IMG/VR virus record: IMGVR_UViG_3300000973_000003
Coordinates: 793 to 64,792 of that record
Length of the DNA: 64,000 bases
Direction: 5' to 3' (one strand)
Origin: a virus
Lineage: Duplodnaviria > Caudoviricetes
Part shown: in pieces, positions 21,988 through 29,908 of the stretch
Layout of the letters: the number at the start of each line of letters is the position of its first letter
Position numbering within the stretch: position 1 is the first letter of the stretch
Program-made: the position numbers and the translations under genes
Notes under the pieces: generated by a model
Database searches by the model: none
The model's input: the letters and a program-made list of their open reading frames with translations, nothing else
Told to the model about the DNA's origin: nothing

Positions 21988-22526
21988 GAGAACACCTCCA
22001 AGACTTCACGGAGTTGCCTGGCTTTATCCGCCCACTCTGGGCGCAACTTTTCAAGCCATAAGTCCATGACTGCAGAAGCTGATTCATGAGAAGGTTGCTC
22101 GAAAGAGTTGAGGTAAGCATCACGAACCTCCACGATAATGAGCTTCGCCTGATCCACATCAATGCGTAGGTGGCGAGCCAAAGCTGCGGAGTCGGCCTCT
22201 TGATACTTCGATACACCACACCAATACAAAGCATTAGCATGAGCATGAAGAGGTTGGCCTGTGTGAATGTTGCAGAGGTGAAGATCGAACGCCAACGGCA
22301 CGACAAAAATAGGGTTGAAATTAGTAGCTCCAGACCTCATGTAAGCCTCTCTTGTGAGCAACCCGCATGAACGTATATCCACACGACCAAAGCCTTTCCA
22401 GACCACTTCATGAGTCAAGGAGAAGTGCTCTCGCCCTGGTCCGTTTAGGTCGCTGATTTGCAGGGTTGCCGTTGCCGACTCGCCCTTTTGCATACCTCGT
22501 ACTCGTATAGGCCAGGTGATACTCAT
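21984..22526 (-). CDS. Phage-type protein with HL..G.P.H..N..YW motif
   Basis: HLCNIHTGQPLHAHANALYW...LARHLRI...RPEWADKA. Confidence 0.65.
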   Translation of the reverse strand: MSITWPIRVRGMQKGESATATLQISDLNGPGREHFSLTHEVVWKGFGRVDIRSCGLLTREAYMRSGATNFNPIFVVPLAFDLHLCNIHTGQPLHAHANALYWCGVSKYQEADSAALARHLRIDVDQAKLIIVEVRDAYLNSFEQPSHESASAVMDLWLEKLRPEWADKARQLREVLEVFS

Positions 22527-23452
22527 GCCTTCACCTCCCATGCTCTGTGAGCAACCTCCATGAACAGGCCGAGAGCGTTGTCTTGCCCTGCGCCTTCACT
22601 TGGTTGGTTGATACAGATATTCCAGATGAGAGCATCAAGAGCAAGTTCTGTCGTGGTGATGTGCTCGTACTCTTCGGGTTCGTCGTCTTTGTAGTCAAGA
22701 GCGACTTGCCAATACTGACCGAGCACTTCGATTCTCTGATCCATGTGAAGCCCTCGGATGATTTCAAACAAAGGCTTGCACATATCGGTCACGAAGCGAG
22801 GCATTTCCTCGTCGGTTGGATAGACGATAACATAAGTCATGCGAAGACCTCCTTCAGCTCTGGGTGTGCAGTCAAGCAACAACCAACGGAACAGAATGCT
22901 CTCTTGTCCTCGTCTGGTACTTGCTCGTTGTTCAAGGGAACGTCGCAAACAGGGCAATTTTTTGGTATCATTCGAGCACACTCCTAATGAGTTCTCTCGC
23001 TTTCGGCCATGAGGCAAGTTCGATAGCACCTTGAGCATTCATCTCAAGGAGTTCTTTCGCAAGCTCAAGGGCAACTTCGCACACCCTGGGTGTAGTGTCT
23101 GCGGTCATTTCTTTGACCGACCACATTTGATCCTCCCAGACTTCGCTCATTCGCTCACCTCGTCAAAGTTAGGCTTGAGAATCACGACAACCTGTGCAGG
23201 TCTGTTTGAGTATTGTTCTTGGATTTTGTAGTCGTAGTGCATTGATACTCCAGGGGTGCTCATGGTGAGCAGGTGTAGGTTGTAAAGGGCTTGAGCCAAA
23301 GAAGTGCTTGTTGTCATTTCAAGGATCAAGAAATGCCCAGACTCAAGTATTTTTTTGAGTTCGTCATTGACTGCCTTTCGGTCTTTGCCGAAGTAGCAGA
23401 AGTCTTTCATCGTTAAGCTTAGTCTGGTTGGGGTCGGGTCTTTTTTACTCAT
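22523..23452 (-). CDS. Cluster of short early ORFs (22523-22840, 22968-23150, 23147-23452, plus a small ORF between)
   Basis: SD-coupled overlaps; no recognised domains. Confidence 0.55.
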
Positions 23453-23880
23453 CGGGTTTCATCTCCTGTCTGGTTATTATGTCCTAAGACTACCTCCTTA
23501 TTAAAGGTATTGTTAGGAATGTCTTTGATAATCTCGACGAGGGTTTGAAGATCGCAATCTTTTTTGAGGTCTATGCCGTATGAAAAATAATTTTCATTCA
23601 CATCGAACTTTGAAGCAACGAAGGGATTGATGAGAGCTTCAAGCTGCGGTATCTCCCAGGGTTTCCCATCCTCGAAAGAGAGTTCTTCATCGTGAAGGTG
23701 AAAGCCGACTATCACATACTCGGTGCTGGTGTCTGGCATTGAAGCCCCATCAAGGTCGGTTATCCAAATCTCAAACGTCATTTCATGGTCGTGCTTCAGC
23801 TCCCAGGCCATGCAACCGCCTCCTGTGTGGCGTTCACGAAAGCCGTCTGGTAGATCGATTTCTTGCGCCTCAATTGACAT
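23449..23880 (-). CDS. Acidic hypothetical protein with TGGGCMAW motif
   Basis: ATGA overlap at 23449-23452. Confidence 0.6.
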   Translation of the reverse strand: MSIEAQEIDLPDGFRERHTGGGCMAWELKHDHEMTFEIWITDLDGASMPDTSTEYVIVGFHLHDEELSFEDGKPWEIPQLEALINPFVASKFDVNENYFSYGIDLKKDCDLQTLVEIIKDIPNNTFNKEVVLGHNNQTGDETR

Positions 23881-24039
23881 AGACAACCCACCCCGCTTTG
23901 ATTTTGCGAACCGAATAAGTCCATTGAATGCCTATCGTATCTCGGTTCATGTACTCGTATTTGAAATCATGAGCCTCTTCTTTGGTGTCAAAAATTGCAG
24001 GGCAAAAGCCACAGTCGCAGTATTTGTACTGAATGCGAC

Positions 24040-24528
24040 TCATACCCCTGGCCCCCATGAATCGGCTTCGCTGATTGCATCATTAACCAACGCCCACCAT
24101 TCTTGTTGCGTCATGCCCTCATATTCCTCTTCATCGAAGAAGGTGTCATGATGGTCTTCGGCCAGCGTTAAGCCCCAAGAAATCATCCTACCAGCCAGCT
24201 TTTTTACGCGCTGGTGGTGTAGGGTAAGGCGAGCCTTTTCTGCCTCCACAGGTGCTCTTAGAGCCTCGTAAATGGCTATCGGATAAGTGTCAATGTCTGG
24301 GTCTTCGGGGTCTTGCTTCTCGTAGTTCTCAATGAGTTCGGTGTCAATCTCAACCTCAACCAACCACTCAAGAAGAATACCTTCGTTGTTGAACTTTGGT
24401 TCTTCTGTCGGTTTGTCTGGCAAGATGAAGTATTCATCCCAACTCCATGACTCGCCCGTAGGTTTTCCGAGATCACCGTTCACATTGTTGTAGTGCTCGT
24501 ATTCGTAAATCGTAAAGACCAACCTCAT
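24040..24528 (-). CDS. Highly acidic hypothetical protein
   Basis: Very D/E-rich and aromatic-rich; ATGA overlap. Confidence 0.65.
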   Translation of the reverse strand: MRLVFTIYEYEHYNNVNGDLGKPTGESWSWDEYFILPDKPTEEPKFNNEGILLEWLVEVEIDTELIENYEKQDPEDPDIDTYPIAIYEALRAPVEAEKARLTLHHQRVKKLAGRMISWGLTLAEDHHDTFFDEEEYEGMTQQEWWALVNDAISEADSWGPGV

Positions 24529-25026
24529 TCAGTCCACCCCATTTCTGCAGGGTCGAAGTCGGGAATCTGCAAACGCTTACGGATCAGGTCTGCGACTTTC
24601 TCCATGCGCTCAAGCTTTTTCTGCGCCTGTGTTTCTTCTTTGGTGTCTGGGTATTGGTTCTCCCATCGGGCGAGGAATACATCAAGCCCTTCGGAGATTA
24701 GTTCATCAATTTCTTCTTTTACTTTTTTTGTCATGCGTGTTATTTTTGTCATTGTAGCACCTCCAGGGTGTAGCGAGCCAGCTGCTCACGAAGCTCACCG
24801 TTCTCATGAAACTCGGTGAGAAGATCGTTATCCAGCATCATTTGAATCGAAAGGGAAAGGGATGGTTCAAAGTGGCGGGGTTCTGTTCCGTCAAGGGCGT
24901 TTTGAACGGCCTCTCTCTGGACTTGAATCATCATCTGGGTGAGGCTCATTCAATCACCTCATCGAATGGATCAGACTCGTCAAGCATGGCCTCAATATCT
25001 CGTAGTTGTCGCCATTGGTTCTTCAT
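24525..25026 (-). CDS. Short coupled early ORFs (24525-24752, 24749-24949, and a micro-ORF to 25026)
   Basis: GAGGTG-N5-ATGA junctions at 24749, 24946 and 25023. Confidence 0.55.
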
Positions 25027-25490
25027 TGAGCCACCTCCGCACACGTCGAAGAACACCACGAAGAGAACTCTTCTGCAGACCAGGGGAGCTCCTCCCCGCA
25101 TCCTTCGCAGGTGTTGATTATGTCATGGGTTTGGCCGTTTCTGTGGTTGCCTTCATCATCTCGATAATTGCCGTTCTCGTCTATCTCGTAGGCGATTTGA
25201 TAACAATAGTCATGTTCAGCGTTGAGAACTTCGGTATCGTTTGGGTGGCAACGGTGGCAAGGGCAATTTTTCACCATGCGCTCGTATTCATCCTGGCTCG
25301 CCTCCCAATGAGGCACATTTTCAAGCGGGATGAAATCGGACATTCCTTGAAGGCTCTCGCCTTTCATGTCGTCGGGATGGGTTCGGATGCCTACGACACC
25401 TTCAACGGTTTCGATAGTGCCTCTGATCCATGTTCCTCCCTCCGCATTGAGGTGAGGGTAGCATTCGTAAATCACTTGAGAACCGTTCAC
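25023..25490 (-). CDS. Acidic Cys-containing hypothetical protein
   Basis: GTG start overlapping the stop at 25487; CHRC and CEGC. Confidence 0.6.
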   Translation of the reverse strand: MNGSQVIYECYPHLNAEGGTWIRGTIETVEGVVGIRTHPDDMKGESLQGMSDFIPLENVPHWEASQDEYERMVKNCPCHRCHPNDTEVLNAEHDYCYQIAYEIDENGNYRDDEGNHRNGQTHDIINTCEGCGEELPWSAEEFSSWCSSTCAEVAQ

Positions 25491-25828
25491 AGGGTCGCCC
25501 TCCATTCTTTGAGAAGGTTGATCCATTCATTCGATTTCTTGATTTCAAACGCCCATTCTTGAGCCGTTCCGTGGTGGAACTCTTCTCTTGTTTCGTAGTC
25601 GCCAAAGTCTTGAACATACTCCGCCCATGAGATAGCATAACGGATAAACTCGGTGACTTTTTCTTCATCGTCATGGATGAAATAAGCGTCTTCTGTATTG
25701 CACGAATAAACCGCCTGTGTGCGGTCTTCTGCAAGGTGAAAGTCGTGAGCATCCACGAAGGCATAAACGGCCGCTGGTACGGCTTCTTTGAGGTCTTTCA
25801 TGAATTGAATGCAGTCGTCTGATCTCAT
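25487..25828 (-). CDS. Acidic hypothetical protein
   Basis: GAGGTGAGAGTATGA junction. Confidence 0.6.
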   Translation of the reverse strand: MRSDDCIQFMKDLKEAVPAAVYAFVDAHDFHLAEDRTQAVYSCNTEDAYFIHDDEEKVTEFIRYAISWAEYVQDFGDYETREEFHHGTAQEWAFEIKKSNEWINLLKEWRATL

Positions 25829-26303
25829 ACTCTCACCTCTTTAATGAGTTCTTCAATCAGTTCGTTATACATCTGTTCTTCTTTGGTTCGGGTCGGGTAT
25901 TTCTCGCACATTTTTATTCCTCTTTGGTCGGGGTTATTTTGTCCTATCACTACTTTACTATTAAGCATTATGTTGAATTGTTCTCTTTTTTTGGGGTTTT
26001 TTGGGGGTGGGTCGCTTTTCTGATCCCTGGATTTCTTGAGCTTCGCCAGCTGCAAAAAGCTCGAAGGCTACGCGAGGCAGACCAGGAGCTGAAGGTGGCC
26101 TCACGTCAAGGCCTGGGATTCTGGGGCGACGAAGATCGTTTATTGGTCGGCCTCCTTGATTTCTGGAGCAATCGAAGCGAGTCCTCTTTCAATAATTTCC
26201 CTCATGAGGTCGGCCACTTTATCGTCACCGCATCCATAAGAAGCCTCGGCAAAGTGCCGAAGATCAATAACTGCGGTGTTGAGTTGGTGCTCTGTGTACT
26301 CAC

Positions 26304-26615
26304 TCACGCGCTCACCTCTTCGCAGAGATTTTTGAGCACAGGGTTCAAAGCAACCTCGGAGAGAATCGAAAGGTTCACGCCCAAATCATGAAGGCGTTCC
26401 GCGTCGTGTGGATTTTCAAAGACGAACCAAAGATCGAACCAATGCGCCCCGTTTATGGCGTGGGTGGTGAAATCGCCACCGCCAGCCGTCAAGGGTTGCA
26501 GTCGCTCGGCTTCAGCGTGAATCATGCCCTTGACTATTTGCGCGTGTTCTGGTGTCGCAAAGTGTGAAGGCTGAAAAGTAAAAGTGATTTTGAAACGGTT
26601 GCCGTCGTGGTTCAC
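26304..26615 (-). CDS. Hypothetical protein
   Basis: GAGGTGAGCG-RGTGA junctions at both ends. Confidence 0.6.
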   Translation of the reverse strand: MNHDGNRFKITFTFQPSHFATPEHAQIVKGMIHAEAERLQPLTAGGGDFTTHAINGAHWFDLWFVFENPHDAERLHDLGVNLSILSEVALNPVLKNLCEEVSA

Positions 26616-27028
26616 TCGCTCACCTCAAAATAAATCGAAAAGACTTCTTGAACTGTTTGAAGATCAGAGCCGAAGAAACCGCATGAATACTCATCTTGAT
26701 GAAACCATGTCCAATAATGAAAGCGGTATGATTGAAGTTCATGGTCGTACCTAATCTCTGCATGAGGCCCGCCCGTAGTAATTAAAAAGACGGTGTGAGT
26801 TTTGACCTCTTCGCCTGTTTCGTATTCAACTTCTTCGCCTGTTTCCTCGTCGTAGTAGGTGTTCAATTCTGGGGCGTAGGTGCTCGAAGCCTCAAGAGTC
26901 ATTATGTTAATAGGCAACTCTTCGCCTCCGTTCCTGTATTCTTCAAGGGCTTCATCCATTGAGGACATGACCGCCTCAAAGTAGTTCGCTCCTGGTGCTG
27001 GCTCGTTATGGTACTGTGTTTCTCCCAT
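26612..27028 (-). CDS. Highly acidic early protein with ITTGGPH motif
   Basis: First gene after the promoter at 27043-27058. Confidence 0.65.
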   Translation of the reverse strand: MGETQYHNEPAPGANYFEAVMSSMDEALEEYRNGGEELPINIMTLEASSTYAPELNTYYDEETGEEVEYETGEEVKTHTVFLITTGGPHAEIRYDHELQSYRFHYWTWFHQDEYSCGFFGSDLQTVQEVFSIYFEVSE

Positions 27029-27042
27029 GTTGGAGGCTACGC

Positions 27043-27058
27043 ACTACCTCATATATAA
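27043..27058 (-). promoter_or_regulatory. Early-type promoter TTATAT-N5-GTAGT
   Basis: Same architecture at 29150-29165, 25949-25964, 23489-23504 and 20862-20877. Confidence 0.6.
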
Positions 27059-27420
27059 GGGGTAGGTTGAGAAAGGGCTAAACGATAGACTGCGAGCCTG
27101 TTGAGTATAATGCAAAAATAAGGCACAAAATAAGGACAAGGTAGGGGTATAGTCCGAGGGGGTCAAAACGCCCACAGACCCCCTTAAAACGCTTGAAAAG
27201 GGCAATCGCCCAGAATCCAAGAGAAGGGGTATTCGAGGGTTAGAGTACCAGCGACCCCCTAAAGTGGCACACAGGCCGTTTATGGGGCTATTTTGGGCAT
27301 AGTGCAAAAACGCACATTCTGATCCTCGCTGAAGAACGTTCAAAAGCTGCACAGGAGAGCTCAAAAATAATTGCTTCTCAAAAAGGGATTAAATGAAAAT
27401 CAAGGAGCTCCTGCAGAAAT

Positions 27421-27583
27421 GAAACCAGGTGCAAAAATGAAAGCAGGTGCAAAAAGTACACTTGGTGATCTGTGGAACACCTACTGCAGAAAATAAACCA
27501 GGTGCAAAAATTAAACCAAGTGTAAAAATGAAAGTTGGTGTATTCTTGAACACCTGGTGCAGCTTTCGCGCTTGGTGTAAAAA
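27421..27583. repeat. 18-bp-period imperfect direct repeats (AAACCAGGTGCAAAAATK)
   Basis: CAGGTGCAAAAA at 27426, 27444 and 27499; variants at 27517, 27535 and 27572. Confidence 0.85.
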
Positions 27584-27915
27584 TTGCACCACTCGAAAAA
27601 ATCTTGAAGATCAGAATCGAAGCATTGAAAAAAATCGCTGAAGGATCAGACAAAATCGAACGGATGGAATCGCGGGTTTTTGGAAATGAAGATCGTTTAA
27701 TCCGCTCGAAAAAATCGCCAGGCTCTAACCACACCGCGAGCTTTTTGGCGAAAAAAGAAAATCGAAGATCGTTTTAATTGCGGGGATTTCTGGAAAAGCT
27801 GCGCCTCTATGAGCTAAAATGCGCGGAGCTCCAGGGCTTCGCCCACACGTCAAGCCAGGCCTTCAAAATCGAAGGCCGAATGGATCAGCGAAAATCGAAG
27901 GAATCCAGGAACGCG

Positions 27916-28155
27916 CTACTCATCCACCCCCGCGAGTTCTGGGTTCGCAAATGCGATATTGATTTGACAGGTAAGGCAGTCGGGGCAGAGAATCAAACCA
28001 ATTTCAACGGCCTCGTCATTAAGTTCCTCGTCGCATCCAGCGCACGACGCGGGACCGCTTGAACGAGAATCGAAGTCACCAGCCTCAAACCTGCACCACG
28101 CGGGGCAGTCATCACCAGCAGGGGCAGAGCAAACGGGGCAGTTCTCACAACTCAA
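27916..28155 (-). CDS. Cys-rich acidic Zn-binding protein
   Basis: CENCPVC...C...C, CAGC, CPDC. Confidence 0.6.
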   Translation of the reverse strand: MSCENCPVCSAPAGDDCPAWCRFEAGDFDSRSSGPASCAGCDEELNDEAVEIGLILCPDCLTCQINIAFANPELAGVDE

Positions 28156-28269
28156 CCGAAAGCCTCCCGATTAGAGCGAACAAAGGCATTAGAGGCAAGA
28201 GAGCACCAGCGACCAAAGGAAACATGAACGCGGGCATTCTCACGCAGTAGCCAAAGCATTGAACGGTTA

Positions 28270-28488
28270 TCACTTGAACCGCCCCTTGATAGCGTAGGCG
28301 AGTCCTCCGTGTGTGTTGAATCGCTCGCTCTTGAACTCATATTCTGGGTGGCAGAATCGAAGATGTTTCAAAACTGCTCGGATGGTTGAGAAGTGTTGAG
28401 AACCAACAACCTCACGACCTTGACGAGTTGTGAGAGTTATTCCCTCATCTGCAGAGAAGCACCACCAAACCGACCATGAGAACGACAT
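28270..28488 (-). CDS. Hypothetical protein
   Basis: Start abuts the stop at 28489. Confidence 0.5.
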   Translation of the reverse strand: MSFSWSVWWCFSADEGITLTTRQGREVVGSQHFSTIRAVLKHLRFCHPEYEFKSERFNTHGGLAYAIKGRFK

Positions 28489-29136
28489 TCACTCATCACC
28501 TCGGCCAGCACCAACGAGGCGGAGACAATCAACACAACGGCCTCCCATGTCCGTAGTGATACAAGGACAATCGCAGAAGCAAGAAGGTTCGGGCATCCAG
28601 CAGACTCGGCAAGAATCGAAGTCTCGCTCCTCTCGGAGAACCGCCACCCATTCTTCAAGGTCGCAGGTGTACGAGTCGGCAAAGTGTCGCAGGTACATTT
28701 GATGGTCGCATTCCGAGCCTTCACCGTTGAGGTGGCTCAAAATCTGGGTGGCATCGAACTCAACGCCTGTTATCTCGTTGCAGTTCGGGCAGTTGGCAAA
28801 AGGTTCGCTTGTGCCGTCAATGCCAGCAGTCAAACGGACTTCGGGGGCAGGTTCTCCACAGTCGGCACAAATGCAGGTAAAGCAGTTGTTGAAGTTGAAG
28901 TCGGAGTCAAACGAGCCGTGGCCGTCGTTGTTCTGGTTGTTGATAATGAAGGCCATGAAGTCTTCATCGGCTGGCATCATGTTCTCACGGTAAGCAAGGA
29001 GAACTTGAACCGCTTGCTCACGGCTCAAAGAGTTGATGAGGTCGGCAAGGTCACGACCTTGCAGGTTCACCCATTCACCTCCTTCATTTTGGTGTTCGTC
29101 GTCGGGCTGGATAGGGGTCGGGTATTCCTCGGCCAT
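28489..29136 (-). CDS. Acidic multi-Zn-finger protein
   Basis: CADC, CPNC, CRVC, CFCDCPC, CVDC; promoter TGATAT-N5-GTAGT upstream. Confidence 0.7.
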   Translation of the reverse strand: MAEEYPTPIQPDDEHQNEGGEWVNLQGRDLADLINSLSREQAVQVLLAYRENMMPADEDFMAFIINNQNNDGHGSFDSDFNFNNCFTCICADCGEPAPEVRLTAGIDGTSEPFANCPNCNEITGVEFDATQILSHLNGEGSECDHQMYLRHFADSYTCDLEEWVAVLREERDFDSCRVCWMPEPSCFCDCPCITTDMGGRCVDCLRLVGAGRGDE

Positions 29137-29495
29137 GATACTCCCACCCACTACCCACTATATCAAAGGGCGGTTGATATGCCCTCTTCGTTGGGGGTTT
29201 CGTGGGGTGTTGGTTTCTGCCGTTCTTGTGGCGTTGTAGGCTACGCAGTACGACGGGGCAGGGTCAAGGACTACCAGCCCAAAAGAAGCCCACACAGGGC
29301 AAAGGAAACGGCAAGAACTCGAAGCCTCCGAGATACCCACCTTCAACACCTGCAGAAACGTCTTTTTTCTTCTCATTCTGGTGTCTCAAGTGACCTCAAA
29401 AAAAGGGCGCGAGGATCAGAACAAACAGGCACGAAAACCTATCATGATAGGGTCGGTTGAAGAATCCAGGACCGAGAAAAAATTGATGCAAATAC

Positions 29496-29600
29496 GCATA
29501 ATGCTTAAGTAGGTGATGGGTGGCGGGAGCTGCACCTCGGAGAAAAAAGGATCATTTCCGATGATGCAGGTAGGCATAATGCTTATATATGCGGGAGCTC
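29496..29600 (+). promoter_or_regulatory. Two tandem plus-strand promoter-like repeats (GCATAATGCTTA...GCGGGAGCT)
   Basis: CATAATGCTTA at 29497 and 29575; the same motif precedes an early gene on the minus strand at 25961-25972. Confidence 0.45.
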
Positions 29601-29679
29601 CCTGCTACCTGGTACCCGCCAAAAATTAGAGCCGACACACGCAGCTACTTCGCTCACCCTCGCAAAAAATCTCCAATAA

Positions 29680-29701
29680 TTTTTTTTCAATTTTTTTTCA
29701 A
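29680..29701 (+). terminator. Tandem T8 tracts (TTTTTTTTCAA x2), archaeal-type terminator candidate
   Basis: Two oligo-T runs downstream of the orphan plus-strand promoters. Confidence 0.35.
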
Positions 29702-29908
29702 TGAGTATTTTTTTATCTGCGTGACACCCGCAGGTGCATTCAACGAACTCACCTTTCTATTTCTCTGCAGATGCGAACTTAACTCTCGAATCGTTGGCGT
29801 TCCGCCTCTCATACGATCATACAATCTATCTCGAATGATGCTTGCCTCAATGTACTCGCCTTCACGAAGTACCTCTGCTACATGATCCGCCAAGCTTTTC
29901 CTTGTCAT
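29687..29908 (-). CDS. Small winged-HTH protein
   Basis: LADHVAEVLREGEYIEASIIRDRL...PTIRELSSHL; coupled to the terminase stop. Confidence 0.65.
   Translation of the reverse strand: MTRKSLADHVAEVLREGEYIEASIIRDRLYDRMRGGTPTIRELSSHLQRNRKVSSLNAPAGVTQIKKYSLKKN

Noticed and set aside
27421-27583. Mini-CRISPR array
   Set aside because: Units are 18-bp tandem or near-tandem repeats with no 25-45 nt unique spacers.
27030-27915. ORFs 27044-27364, 27378-27734, 27389-27592 and 27447-27641
   Set aside because: Low-complexity translations of the repeat and A-tract DNA; no SD or coupling.
29158-29885. ORFs 29158-29376, 29202-29393, 28684-29460 and 29589-29885
   Set aside because: They overlap promoter or terminator elements or real opposite-strand genes and have no recognisable features.
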